Position numbers and translations under genes: made by a program. Shown here in pieces: positions 33,436 through 45,544 of a stretch of DNA of 64,000 nucleotides. This stretch comes from Alloascoidea hylecoeti. Taxonomy: Eukaryota. The notes below the pieces were generated by a model. It searched no databases and was not told the origin of the DNA. It worked only from the letters and a program-made list of their open reading frames with translations. Location of the stretch: contig BCKZ01000004.1 in NCBI GenBank assembly GCA_001600815.1, positions 124,001-188,000 on the forward strand, in the 5' to 3' direction. Each line of letters starts with the position of its first letter. The stretch's first letter is position 1.

Positions 33436-36400
33436 TTAAAATTTAAACATCATTGGTTCGATAAAAGTACTCATTCTCCAAAATTTATCATTATCGTCAT
33501 CAACATGGAATTTCCAAATTTCAAAAACAATCCATTCTTGTAATGGAATAACTGGTATTAAATTTGAGTAATCAGTCTTAACGTTTTCTTGTAATTGTGA
33601 TTTATTATAACTAAGATTCGAAGAATTTGATCTTGATCTATAATGTGTTCGTTTTATTGTAGTATTACTATTATTAGTTGTTGTAGCAGAAGCAATTAAA
33701 TTTATTGAATTTGATTTCACTATTAATTTATTTTGAAGTTGAATTTTTTGAAAATCAGCAATTATTGATGTCATGAGTCTATATCTTTCAAAATTAATCA
33801 ATTGAATTTCTTCAATTTCATTATCATCATCATTATTATTAGTTAAACTTTTCTGATTTCGTTTAACTGGTATATATTTATATTTACTATTACCATCTTT
33901 TGCAAATATTAAATCTGTTATGAAAAGACCAATATATGGTATAATACAACAATTATTATTAATATTATTTTTAATTAAATCTCTATAATTTTTAAAATTT
34001 TTTTCAATTGACACAATTGAACATAATTCTTGAAAATTATTTAAATGCTTTTCAGATAAATTATTCCAAATTTTATTTATTCTTGTTATAATTGATGATT
34101 GTAAAGAAGTTATAATTGACATTAAAGAATTATAATTTTTTAAATGAAATAATTCAAATGATATTTTAATCCAATGTTTTAAAATTTTTGTTCTTAATTT
34201 AATTGATTTATTTTTATTTGATAAAATTGATGATATAACATATGATGATAATTGATTTGTGAAAAGTAAAGAGTTATCAATGTTTTTATATAGATTAGAA
34301 TTGTTTTTATTAAGAGTTTTCCTTCTTTTTGATCGTTGTTGTTTGAAATATAAAAATTCTTCAACTTGGATTTTTTCAAATAATTGCTTTTCAAGGATTG
34401 TTAATTGATGTGCTAGTTCTTTTGGTTCAAAATCAAGAATTTCAACTAAATTATTACCATTATCATCATCCATTTCATCTTCATTATTTTCATTATCACT
34501 ATCATTATCATTTCCATTTGAATTCGAATTTGAATGTGAATTTGAATTTAAATTTTGGAAATTTTCAGGAACAGTAACTTTAGATAACTTTTCCCATATT
34601 AAGATTGGTGATTCATTAATTCCGTTAAAGTTAAATATTTTAGAATTTTCTTTATATATTTTTAATGTTTTCTTTAAAAGATGGTGTTGATTTGATGATA
34701 ATGCATTATTTTTAATTGTATCAAATCTCAATAAAACTGAACTCCTAAATGAGCTTTTTGTTAATGCTTGATTATTATTATTATTATTTTTATTTGAATT
34801 CATATTATTAAAATTAAGATTTTGATATAATTTTCCAATCAAATTTATTTGTTTTGAACTAAATAAACTCATATTTATTAATCTTGGTGAAATTTGAACA
34901 TTTAGACCACTTTTATGACCATAAGCATTTTCTATATCATTTTCATTAAAATTTATAATTATTGTTGATATATGACTTGCTAATAATTCAATTAATGTTA
35001 AACTTTCATCAGGTAATTCTTTAATCATCATTTCATTAACGAAATTAATTATAATTTTTATAGTATTTAAATCATCTTCAATATCATTACTATCATTAAA
35101 CCAATATGATTCTAACCATGTTTTGAAACAATAATAGATGGCTTTTTGAATTTTATTTTGTTTTATTTTATAATTTGATTGATGAGTATTTAAATTTATT
35201 GCATAAAGGAATCTTGTAATCAATGAATCAATTAAATCAATTGAAGTAGAAAAAGTTTTAAGATGCAAGAAAAACACTGATACAAAGAGTTGATTTGGGA
35301 AAGTTTCTGATGATGTTAAAATCGATATTAAATGATTAAATGATGCTGCTGTAATTTTACCATTTTCATATAATACTTCGTTACTGTATTGATCTTGATC
35401 TTTGTTTTGTTGTTGTTCTTCTTCTTCTTGTATTTGATCTTGAGTTGAAAAATTATTGGTTACTGGGGAAGTTGAAGTATTAGGCAATGCGTTTTCCCAA
35501 CTAAAATCATTTGAAAATCTAGCAGAGCATCTTTTCTTTTCATCAGGTTTTAATTGATCAATACCAACAGTTAAAATATCAGTTGTTTCACTTTTCTCAT
35601 TTGATGTTTTATGATCGCCTTTTGATAATGATGACGAGGACGCCAATGAAGATCTAGATCTAGAAGAATTGCCCGATTTAATTGATTCACAGCTACTATT
35701 ATTTGTCATTGAATGTGAACTCAAAATTAAATTGATAAAATCTGACGCGTTAAAACCACATTTTAAAAAATCAACATACTTCTTTTCGTTATTCATTCTA
35801 AAATCTTTTATTACCTCTAATCTTGAACGACATTTGAAAACTAATGAAGCAACGCATTTTATTAATTGAGCCGAGTTTTTAATAAGTTTTAAACTAATTT
35901 TTTTGGAAATTGCCTCATTCTCATCTATTTCAGTATCATTACTAACAATTTCATTATTTTTTGTTGATAATTGTGATGATAGTTGAATACTTAATTGTTT
36001 TGTAATTGTTATAAACTCACTTAATAATAGTAATAGTTTATCTAAACCTTTATCTAAATCTTTGTTATCATAATTAATTTCGTGTTCATTTTCATTTTCA
36101 TTTGAAATTTCATATCCTTTAAACTTAATTTTTAAGGATTTAACAATTTTAATTAAATATTGTGATAGTAACATTATTTGAGTAGTTAATATTTCCATTT
36201 CATAAAAGTTATTCCTATTCTCATAATTAATTATTAAATCAATACGTCCTAAAATTATTGAAAAATAAGATAATAAGTAGCTTTCAATTATTGAAAGATA
36301 ATGTGATGTCATCGGTGGTGAAGATAAATAAACCAATCTGTATATATTATTAACATTTATTTTTGATGATTCCTGATTTTTATCCTGATCTTGAACACGT

Positions 36401-37563
36401 AAATGTAAATGTAATTGTAATGGATTTTTATCGCTATCGTGATGTTTATGTTTATGCTTATAAACGTGTTCATGTTCATGTTCATGTTCGTGTTCGTGTT
36501 TATGTTCATGATTATGTTTAAGATCATGCTTATGCGTATTAGTATTACTATTACTATATCTTGAAACATGTTTTAAATCGTTTTTTATCTGTTTAACATG
36601 ATAATTATAATGTGTGTTATAAAGATGTTCATCATCATGATTGATATAATAAATTTGATCTGAAATTGAAACTGAAGAATTTGGATTTAAAATTTTAGTA
36701 TTAAGATCCAAGTTGGTTATTTTATTCCAACAATCCCAAAAGACAAAACCTTTTTGTAAAATTAAAAAAATTTGATTTTCAAATTCATCGTCTTCAACAG
36801 GTGAATTATTTGAATTTGAAACTGATTTTGACTTTGACTTTAGAGTTGAAGTAGCTAGTATGTACCAATCTGCCAGTAAAGCTTTTCTATATTTGCGTAT
36901 AATTGGGTATGTTTTGACCAAATCATTATCCCTTGATAAAGTTTTCGTTTTTTGTAATAAAAGTCTAACAGAAGATTGAATTAAGGAAACAGATTCATTT
37001 CCATGACCATCTCCATGTTCATTTTCATTTAATAATGAAGATTTGATTAAGATCTGCCCACAAACGATCAATAAAGAGTTCAAATACGAATTCTTAAAGT
37101 GAACGAAATAGTTTTTGGGTACCCATCCACGATGTAAATTTGATATTAAAGTGACTTCTATCCAGCCTGATTGATCAACGTTATGGATAAAAGCTACCTC
37201 CAACGTTTGAAAAGATAGTATAGACGTCGTGGCGGTCTGATTTGACGGTAGAACAAGCGAAGTAGCACTGAATGGGTGTTCGGCTATTATGAATTCACCT
37301 TCGACAAGGATTATTTCTGCCTGGTCTTCCTGGTTTTCCTGGCCTGCCTCCTCCATTTCTTCCTTGGATGTAGTAGTGTCAGGCTTAGATTTTGAATGAA
37401 TTAGGGTGTAGTCATCGCGTGGGCTCAGCGACAGCTGCGGGGTGTGTTTGGGAGAAAACAGTGAAGAAGTCGAGTCTCTCGAGTTTCGAGAACCCTCAGT
37501 TGCCCTTGAGTCTGCAGAGCTGGAAGCTGTGTGCGTTTCCATCTGATAATAAGTGTTGGACAT
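33436..37563 (-). CDS. SH3-REM-CDC25 Ras-family GEF (Bud5/Cdc25-like)
   Basis: SH3-like DQSGWIEVT...RGWVPKNYF; REM FFLHLKTFST..LITRF, FKTWLESYW; GEF ELAHQLTILE, LKNYNSLMSIITSL, IPYIGLFITDL, LINFERY. Contains N-rich and (HE)n tracts. Confidence 0.88.
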   Translation of the reverse strand: MSNTYYQMETHTASSSADSRATEGSRNSRDSTSSLFSPKHTPQLSLSPRDDYTLIHSKSKPDTTTSKEEMEEAGQENQEDQAEIILVEGEFIIAEHPFSATSLVLPSNQTATTSILSFQTLEVAFIHNVDQSGWIEVTLISNLHRGWVPKNYFVHFKNSYLNSLLIVCGQILIKSSLLNENEHGDGHGNESVSLIQSSVRLLLQKTKTLSRDNDLVKTYPIIRKYRKALLADWYILATSTLKSKSKSVSNSNNSPVEDDEFENQIFLILQKGFVFWDCWNKITNLDLNTKILNPNSSVSISDQIYYINHDDEHLYNTHYNYHVKQIKNDLKHVSRYSNSNTNTHKHDLKHNHEHKHEHEHEHEHEHVYKHKHKHHDSDKNPLQLHLHLRVQDQDKNQESSKINVNNIYRLVYLSSPPMTSHYLSIIESYLLSYFSIILGRIDLIINYENRNNFYEMEILTTQIMLLSQYLIKIVKSLKIKFKGYEISNENENEHEINYDNKDLDKGLDKLLLLLSEFITITKQLSIQLSSQLSTKNNEIVSNDTEIDENEAISKKISLKLIKNSAQLIKCVASLVFKCRSRLEVIKDFRMNNEKKYVDFLKCGFNASDFINLILSSHSMTNNSSCESIKSGNSSRSRSSLASSSSLSKGDHKTSNEKSETTDILTVGIDQLKPDEKKRCSARFSNDFSWENALPNTSTSPVTNNFSTQDQIQEEEEQQQNKDQDQYSNEVLYENGKITAASFNHLISILTSSETFPNQLFVSVFFLHLKTFSTSIDLIDSLITRFLYAINLNTHQSNYKIKQNKIQKAIYYCFKTWLESYWFNDSNDIEDDLNTIKIIINFVNEMMIKELPDESLTLIELLASHISTIIINFNENDIENAYGHKSGLNVQISPRLINMSLFSSKQINLIGKLYQNLNFNNMNSNKNNNNNNQALTKSSFRSSVLLRFDTIKNNALSSNQHHLLKKTLKIYKENSKIFNFNGINESPILIWEKLSKVTVPENFQNLNSNSHSNSNSNGNDNDSDNENNEDEMDDDNGNNLVEILDFEPKELAHQLTILEKQLFEKIQVEEFLYFKQQRSKRRKTLNKNNSNLYKNIDNSLLFTNQLSSYVISSILSNKNKSIKLRTKILKHWIKISFELFHLKNYNSLMSIITSLQSSIITRINKIWNNLSEKHLNNFQELCSIVSIEKNFKNYRDLIKNNINNNCCIIPYIGLFITDLIFAKDGNSKYKYIPVKRNQKSLTNNNDDDNEIEEIQLINFERYRLMTSIIADFQKIQLQNKLIVKSNSINLIASATTTNNSNTTIKRTHYRSRSNSSNLSYNKSQLQENVKTDYSNLIPVIPLQEWIVFEIWKFHVDDDNDKFWRMSTFIEPMMFKF

Positions 37564-37912
37564 AAAAAAAGAAGGAGCAGAACAAAATATGTACTTTTGC
37601 CTGAAGATAATATACGCATCCGTGTATTTCTACTTTCGGTGTCACGCATGCAGGATACTGAAAATTGTCGTGTTTCAGGAAATATTTACTAATCGCTGAG
37701 TAATCGTCCTGCGCGTGCCGGAAGGAGTAAAGTTAAAATTTATGCATTCGCATGTTCCGAGGTGAGCTAAATGGCACTCCCCAAGCTAGAACATTGCGCC
37801 CTCTGTCAGAATCCCATTGGCACCTTCCATTTCACTGACGGTTTGGGTGTAATGTTGTGAATATTTTAGACGAAATGGAAGAAGTTCCCCTTAATCCGAG
37901 CAGAATACAGTC

Positions 37913-40900
37913 ATGGATTCGCAAAATGGTGACATTTTATGGTCTGTTCCTGTCCAACCTTCACTAGGTGCCTCGGAGAATGACTTGAACTTTGGGGATT
38001 TCCAGGATGTGCTCAGACCAGAACCAACAATTGATAGCGTAAATCAACTTACGATTGATACTAGTGTCCTGATCCCAAATAAGAATAGAAAGAAAGATGA
38101 TTTTGAACAGTTGGTATCTGTATTTTATGATGTATCGTCGTATCTCTCAATTCAAGATTTATGCCGTCTTGCTCAAGTTTGCAAGGCTGCAAAGGCTGCG
38201 GTTTACGATAAGGGAAGATGGTGTCAATATATGAAAAATATGAATGCTTGGGATACCATTAAGTCCAGAAGAATAGATAAAGAAAAAAGGAAATCAAAAG
38301 AATTACAAATTTCAGAAAATCAGAAAAGACAACAACAACAAATAAAAGAACAAAAACTTAGAGAAGAACAAAAAATTAATGGTATTGAAAAACCTGTAAC
38401 AAATTTATTAGATTTTACCACTACTCCAACCTCTACTTCTGCTCCTAATTTTACTTCAACTACCTCGCCTACAACAATTTTCTCTAAAAGTGATTTAATA
38501 TCCCCATTACAAATATTTGACTCAATTAATTATGATCGTGATTTGGCTCATTCTCAATTCGCTTTAATTTATAAAACTTTACATCATTACTATAAAAATT
38601 TAGTCACTTCTTCTTCCTATTCAGAGCCTTATATTTTTAGAATGTTTCGTGATCCAGAAGATCAAGCAGCCATTTTAAATATTATACAAAGGTTTAGTGA
38701 AGTGGATCCATTAGAATCACATCATGAAGATAACATTGATAGATTAAATTCGATCATTGATGTTTTTGAAAATGCTGCATTAAGAGAAGTTGAATTAGCT
38801 TATGATGATCATGATTTTGCTGGTAAAGCAAGAAGATATGTTAAAGTCTTAATATTGTTAAATGGTGGTGAAAGTTGTAAGCTATTATTTTTACAAAAAC
38901 AACCTATAACTGATGAAATATTGGGTGATTTTGAAGATTGTTTTAGCAATTCTAATATCAATAATTCCAATGGTAATGGTTATAATTATAATGATAGATT
39001 AAATTTAAAAGTATTAAATTCAAACCTAAGTAAAATTGCAATTTTATTAAATGAACAAAGTGAAATTATTGATATAGTTTTCCCACCAACAACTCCAATA
39101 ATGTTCCCATTATGTGAACATATTTTTGAAGATGTTATAATGGAATATATATCTGAAATTATTAAACAAACTCGAATTAGAGATCCTTCATTACAAATGT
39201 ATCTTGATGCTGTGCCAGGAATTTATAAAGAATTCTTAAGATTTATACGACAATTAAAAAAATCTGAAAATATTGGTCCAACATATCATGAAATAATACT
39301 TGATTTAATTGATATGTATTTTGAAGCTTCAATAGAATCTTACTTACATCAAGAAGTTTCAAATTTGAGGTCAAGTATAGAAGGAAGAGTATCACAATGG
39401 GATAAACAAGTTATTGAACAAGAAAAATCAGTAGAAACTACAATTCTAAATAATGTTACAAAACAAGATGATAAAACAGATTTATTAGCTTCTTTTAGAA
39501 AAGCATTCAGGATACCTGTGAATATTGGAATTGGGAATTTATCAATTACAGATAACAACAACAGTGGTAATAATAATAATAATAGTAATAGTACAGTTGA
39601 TTTACAATCTGCATCATCAAATACGACAACACCAGTGTCCCCTCAAACATCCGATACAATAGCAATAAATAAAACAGGCTCATCTTCACCATTCACTAAT
39701 GGTCATGGTCGATTAAGCCATGTTGCAACAGGTTCCATAGCCTCTAGTATATCATTAACAGAGTTTGAAGCTAAAACTGCAATTATGAATAAAAAATTAG
39801 AAGGAATTAAAAATTTATTCAGTTTAGAATTATCATTAACTATAATTAAAATTGCAAAAGAAAGCATTGAAAGATTAAGAACATTTGTTCGTGTTCATGG
39901 AGAAATGTCAAAACTTGCAAAAGAAGAATGTGAAAATGTATTTGTTATTTTGGTTGAAACGGTTGGAGGTCATCACATTAAATATGGATTTGATAAAGCG
40001 CTGGGAAGATTAACAGATTATAATCCCAGAGAATTTAGAAATAATGAAAAAAGTAACGATGATAATAAAGATGATACTCTAAATCTAATTGAACCATCAA
40101 CTCCAACTGCAAATACATCACCACCACCTTTACAACCATCAATTAGTGTTGAACCTCTTGTAACATTTGCAGAGCTTGTCAACATAGGAGATTTAATTCA
40201 GCAAATGTTACATATTTTTTTCCAAGAAGAATTAGTATCTAAAAAATACATTAATGCAAATGATTTCTTAACCCCTTCAGTAAAAGCAAAAAAACGATTT
40301 GAAGTAATGCTTGATGACTGTGTTGCAAATGGACTTAATCGTGGAATTGAAGTTTTAATTGATGAAATTGATTATATTTTCCAAACAACTCAAGTCCCTA
40401 CTGATTATAATCCTGAATTATTAGCAATTATAAATCCAGAATCATCACCAAATGCTGCATTAGATTCAACTGGAGAAACAAATTGTGCAAAAAGAGTTGT
40501 TTATTTATTAGAAAATCACATGTCTATCTTAGATGGTTCAACAGAGAAAAGCGTTGTTGATATATTTCAACAAGAGATTGGTATTCGATTCTTTCAATCA
40601 ATTTGTAAAAATTTAAAAAGACAAACTATTAGTATAATGGGATCAATTAGACTTATATCGGATATTAATTATTATTCTGCATTCATTAGTAAAATCGCAA
40701 CAACTGGAGAAAAAAAGAAAATCCTAACAAATTATTTTGCAGGATTAAGAAATTTATCACAAATTTATCTAATAAGTAAAGATGATTCAAAAGCAATTGC
40801 TGAACTTATGAGTGATATGGTTAGATTTCGTGGTATATTTTCTCAAGATGATATTTATGAATATGTTCAAAGACGAGCTGATTGGCTCTCAATTAAAAAA

Positions 40901-40957
40901 GATGTTGAAAAAGCAATGTATGGTTTTAATTTCAGTGCAGATTGTGTTATTTGTTAA
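37913..40957 (+). CDS. RCY1: F-box protein Rcy1 (recyclin)
   Basis: N-terminal F-box (YLSIQDLCRLAQVCK), Sec10-like body (LFSLEL, ELVNIGDLIQQM, FEVMLDDCVANGLNRGIEVL, RRADW) and C-terminal CAAX-like CVIC. Confidence 0.92.
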   Translation: MDSQNGDILWSVPVQPSLGASENDLNFGDFQDVLRPEPTIDSVNQLTIDTSVLIPNKNRKKDDFEQLVSVFYDVSSYLSIQDLCRLAQVCKAAKAAVYDKGRWCQYMKNMNAWDTIKSRRIDKEKRKSKELQISENQKRQQQQIKEQKLREEQKINGIEKPVTNLLDFTTTPTSTSAPNFTSTTSPTTIFSKSDLISPLQIFDSINYDRDLAHSQFALIYKTLHHYYKNLVTSSSYSEPYIFRMFRDPEDQAAILNIIQRFSEVDPLESHHEDNIDRLNSIIDVFENAALREVELAYDDHDFAGKARRYVKVLILLNGGESCKLLFLQKQPITDEILGDFEDCFSNSNINNSNGNGYNYNDRLNLKVLNSNLSKIAILLNEQSEIIDIVFPPTTPIMFPLCEHIFEDVIMEYISEIIKQTRIRDPSLQMYLDAVPGIYKEFLRFIRQLKKSENIGPTYHEIILDLIDMYFEASIESYLHQEVSNLRSSIEGRVSQWDKQVIEQEKSVETTILNNVTKQDDKTDLLASFRKAFRIPVNIGIGNLSITDNNNSGNNNNNSNSTVDLQSASSNTTTPVSPQTSDTIAINKTGSSSPFTNGHGRLSHVATGSIASSISLTEFEAKTAIMNKKLEGIKNLFSLELSLTIIKIAKESIERLRTFVRVHGEMSKLAKEECENVFVILVETVGGHHIKYGFDKALGRLTDYNPREFRNNEKSNDDNKDDTLNLIEPSTPTANTSPPPLQPSISVEPLVTFAELVNIGDLIQQMLHIFFQEELVSKKYINANDFLTPSVKAKKRFEVMLDDCVANGLNRGIEVLIDEIDYIFQTTQVPTDYNPELLAIINPESSPNAALDSTGETNCAKRVVYLLENHMSILDGSTEKSVVDIFQQEIGIRFFQSICKNLKRQTISIMGSIRLISDINYYSAFISKIATTGEKKKILTNYFAGLRNLSQIYLISKDDSKAIAELMSDMVRFRGIFSQDDIYEYVQRRADWLSIKKDVEKAMYGFNFSADCVIC

Positions 40958-41649
40958 GTATATTTGTTTGAGTTTTGATTTGTTTTTTGCATATATAATA
41001 TATTTAGAGACATATAGGTAATAGGTATATGCTTAGATTAATATTGTAATTGATTTTTATTTTTCTACGTATATCGATATCTCATTTCATTTTAATTAAT
41101 GATAAATTCAAAATTCTTAGTTAAATTTACAATCGTATGACATGCATATGGATTATAGATTATAATTACAATATTTTTCCATTTAGTCATTATTAACCTT
41201 AAAGAGAATAATATAATTCACTTTTTCATAAAATTTATATCAAGCTAAATTTAAAAATTGTGGGGTTGTAAGTTGTAACTTAGGAAGTATAAGGCAATAT
41301 TACATTTTAGATCAATTAATTAATTAATAACAGTCACATATCTGAACAAGTTAATATAGCCCCATTATAATAATATGAGTTATGTATAACGACAATAATA
41401 CAATTACATGTAATTAATAATTAAATCCGGTTTTCTAGCATTAAAAGTCTATCATCTATCTACAAAGAAACACTTGTGGGGTTTACATCCAAACATTTTC
41501 AAGAAATTTAAAATTTAAATAACCTACTTAAAATGTTAGCTACAGACCTCATTTAAAATTAAATATCTGTTAGTAGACTTACAATTGTATTTGAGTGTTG
41601 ACCTATAGCTGATATCTTTATATATTTTTATTGCCGGTCAACTTCTAGA

Positions 41650-42480
41650 ATTCTGTCTTGAGGTCATTCGGTTTCATAACCCGACAGATCCTCTGTAGCA
41701 TACGATCAATGAGAGAGAGTTCATTATTCTCTGTGTAAGATCGACTTTTCCTTCGATCAAAGGTTTCACCATAACTATTTTATCCATGTTCGACTTTATA
41801 TCCCCCTATCTTTTAATATTTACCTCATGATTTGAAATCATGCTATTTTTGGCTTTTATCAGTGAAATGATTCCATGAACAGGTGATTTGTTTTCTTCAA
41901 ATTCTGCACCTTTTATAGAATTGAATTAACCATCGAAATTTACAACTGAATAACAAGGTCCAATAATTGGCTCTAAAACATGTTTTAAATATTCGACATG
42001 AATGAGGGCCTTTCCAGGTTCGCCTTTCAAAATAATGAGCGGAGAATTGTAATTGTATTCAATCGTTCCAAATATTGATACTTCAGTTGATCTCCCAGCT
42101 CAAGGAAAATGAATTCCACACGGTTATAATCGTAGCCCCTCTCAGAGTGCTGTTAAACGATTCACCAGGAAACATGTATTTTTTGTCAATAACCCACTCT
42201 TTTTTGAATGGCTATCATATGCATAGATATTTTTCTCGCTTATAGAAGGTTGGTACAACTTGGGAGGATACCCCCAGCGATTTCATTGAGATGTCGATAA
42301 TTATTAGTTTCAGATCATCTAACACAGTTTATTTGCCTTCAAAATCTTTGGCGAGCTATTCTTCGCAACTTTAAATTTCTAGAAAGCTAGACTTTTACTT
42401 TGCGATTGAGATCGTCTTGAATTTCAAACGGCGTGTCTAAATTTTATTCGATAGTGTAATTCTCTTTTCAAGTGTTCTAG
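41650..42480 (-). mobile_element. Degenerate Tc1/mariner-type DDE transposase relic
   Basis: Minus frame at ~42100-41860 reads EVSIFGTIEYNYNSPLIILKG...EYLKHVLEPIIGP...AEFEENKSPVH, like the Tc1 pattern VMVWGCI..G.GPL / Y..IL.P / FQQDNAPxH. Stops present; boundaries approximate; no TIRs identified. Confidence 0.5.
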
Positions 42481-43256
42481 TAGTAGAAATACAAAGTTTC
42501 AAGACCATATAATATAGAATCCGAACCATGACGATCAGAGCATCACATATTCGTTTTGAAACGGTATGGCTTATTAATAGTAGTATGATAAACATTAAAG
42601 TCTTGATTTATTGAAAGTAAGTAAAATTTGTCATATTTCGGCCTTATATATATAACCTACCTTAGTTAGATGTTCATGATATTCATGATTAATTAACAAT
42701 TGCGAGTAATTAGAGAAATAAATTTTCAAATGTATATTTCATTTGCAAAAGGAGAAAAGAAGAAAATGATGATGAAAAGAACCCCATAAATACAGTAATA
42801 GCACTATTAACAATAATAATAATAAAATAACAATGATTTATTTTTAAAAAAAAAAATGAAGGATAATTATAACAGTTAATTGCAACGAAAGCAGATAAAG
42901 CTATAGGCAGTACATGTTTAAAAAAGAAATAATGAAGTTATCATAATCTAAGACAAAATGGTTCTGAAAACATGAAATATGAAACACAAAATAAACAAAT
43001 AAATAAATGAATGAATGTAAATTTAATGAAGAATATAATAAAGAAAAAAAGAAAAACGATATAATAAAATATAATAAAAATATAGTGAAATATTAACAAA
43101 AAATAAAAACAAAACAAAAACAAAAAGACTTAAGCCTAGCTATATTAGCTAATTCTAGATCTAAGTTTGAGCCAAGCCAAATTATAATTTGTGTTGTGGT
43201 TAACATTCCTCCGATCCATGCCGGGCAGAGACAAAAATATAAAAGAATTTTGAAGA

Positions 43257-44243
43257 TTAACGGATCCTCGGCCTTGAGACATGTTCAATCATTTTTCCAT
43301 CAATTTGCTCAATTATTCTCACCGTAAAGTACTTTAGATTTGAAGGCGGGGATTTAATTAGCACAGAATAACGCTCGGATAAAGTTAACATTTTGTACTT
43401 CTCGCTGTATATCAACTGCAAAGAAGTAATTGGGCCAAAATCACTTACTTCGTTTGGATAAGCCCAGGTACAATTTGTCAGTTTTAGCAAGTCTATCATT
43501 GAATCTTTAGCATGTTGAGGAGATGAATGATGTCTTGTTATTTCAAACCCCTTTAAAGATAAGACCCGTAATCTAGTGAAACCCTCAAGATGAGCAATAT
43601 CAAAATGAGGTAATGAAAAATGGGATTTTGAGTCAAGTTTCATTTTTAACCGTTGTGGATTTTCTTCAAATATTGAAATGAAAGTTAAACTTCTAATATT
43701 CTTAATGGATCCCCCTCCTTGTATTTGTTGTATTTTGGTCAGCCAATTTGAAGTATTTGAGCACGGTATTTTCAAATGGCTAATGGAGGGACATGCTTGA
43801 AGAACTGTAGTCAGATCTTTGATTAGGTGCTCTTCTGCCCATGGGTCATTTTCGGTTATTATTAAAGACCTTGGATATCTTGAAATCCTGGCTAGAAAAC
43901 TAGATCTCGTTCTTAATCCGGCTTTTAATTCAGGGAGTTGGGTCCATTTAATGCTGAGTTGTGAAAATACGTACGGTATCAATAGTCGTCGTAGTTCCTT
44001 ATTTACCTGTGAAAGAGATATCATGTCTGAATGCCTTAGTTTTCCAGCTATTTTGGATAATACTTCACTTGGGAGGGAGGTGAGCTTGAGACGCTGATGG
44101 CGCGAATGATTAGAGCTGTGATGCTGATACGTCTGAGAAGAAGATATAGCTCGGAAAGCTGATTCCTGCTGTTGGTGTTGATGGTGAGCACTTGGTCGAT
44201 GATACTGGTCCACTCGTTGCTTCTTCATAACTACTAAAGGCAT
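43257..44243 (-). CDS. F-box protein with LRR-like C-terminal region
   Basis: LTSLPSEVLSKIAGKLRHSDMISLSQVNKELRRL is a typical F-box, followed by LRR-like strands. Confidence 0.8.
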   Translation of the reverse strand: MPLVVMKKQRVDQYHRPSAHHQHQQQESAFRAISSSQTYQHHSSNHSRHQRLKLTSLPSEVLSKIAGKLRHSDMISLSQVNKELRRLLIPYVFSQLSIKWTQLPELKAGLRTRSSFLARISRYPRSLIITENDPWAEEHLIKDLTTVLQACPSISHLKIPCSNTSNWLTKIQQIQGGGSIKNIRSLTFISIFEENPQRLKMKLDSKSHFSLPHFDIAHLEGFTRLRVLSLKGFEITRHHSSPQHAKDSMIDLLKLTNCTWAYPNEVSDFGPITSLQLIYSEKYKMLTLSERYSVLIKSPPSNLKYFTVRIIEQIDGKMIEHVSRPRIR

Positions 44244-45544
44244 ATTGAAAATTAGAGTGATAATTGTGATTCAAAGAAAGAAAGAAACAGTTGAAGGAAC
44301 CTTTAATATATTTGAAAGAAAAAAAATGTTTCCAGCGAATATGAATCTAAGCTGTTTAATTGCATGTAGACATACACGTTTATAGTCTTTCAATCTTGGG
44401 CTATCCTGGTGAACTGGTTTAATATACGAGGGTTACGACTTATACGAACAAATATTAAAACGACAGGCAATTACAAGCACAATACGACGTCGGTACTGCC
44501 ATTATAATATTGCTCGAAGATGGAGTAAATATTGCAGGTTCCAAACTTATTATAAGCCCTTGAATATTGCCAGGATCAACTGAAATAAAATTATAACGGT
44601 ATGAATATAATAATTAGCATATTTAATGCATTTCTTGATTGTTTCTACAATGTTTTGAAGTGCCAACATATTCTTTACACACCATCAGGTTTTCACCCTT
44701 CGGGTATATGTGATCATGAGTTTTCTGGGAGATCACTTACGTGTAGAAGGAAGCCAATCGGGTAGTAAACCACAACTGAGGTCACCACCAAGCTGTCCTT
44801 TTCACAGAATGTGTAGATATCATAATCAAACTGTTGAGCTATAGACGCATTGCTTCCGTGGTCTAAAAGTTGTATACAATTCCAATAATTAATTATTAAT
44901 GTCATCTCGATTTTCGATTATTTTGCTATACATTTAAAAGCTTAATTTAATTTAATTAATATTTAATTTACGTTGATTTAATTTAATTGAATAATTTTTT
45001 ATAATTTTATAATTATTCTGCTTTGACTTATTTTTAACTTGGTTCTCATTACCGATTTTGTTCTTTTCAGTTGAGTTGCTGGAAAATGTCCGCGATTTTG
45101 ACCAACTGGTAAAAAATGATGTTGCAACTCGTGATTTGCTTTGCAGAGATTCCCGATCCGGATCTCCTAGAAATGGTATTTAATTATTAAAGTCGTTACT
45201 TTATCTAATCTATTCTATTACATTACGGGCTTAAGCTTAAGGTTTATCCTAGTTTTAAATTATTAATATATTTCTATATTATTAGAATAGTTATCTATTT
45301 TTTGAGCTTGAGGACAGCCTTTTTTCATGGAGAAAATATTTTATAATTATAAAATTTAAATTCGACATTTATCGAGATTTCTTTTACTTCATTCTAATTA
45401 ATATTATGAAAGTTAAAGACATCTTTCTTCTTTTTTAGACACTTTTGTTTTTTTGTTTTTTGTCCTTATCGTATTCTCTTAAATAATGGATCATGTTTAT
45501 ACGTATGATCATTGTATAACTACACAGCTAATTATATTTTCGTC

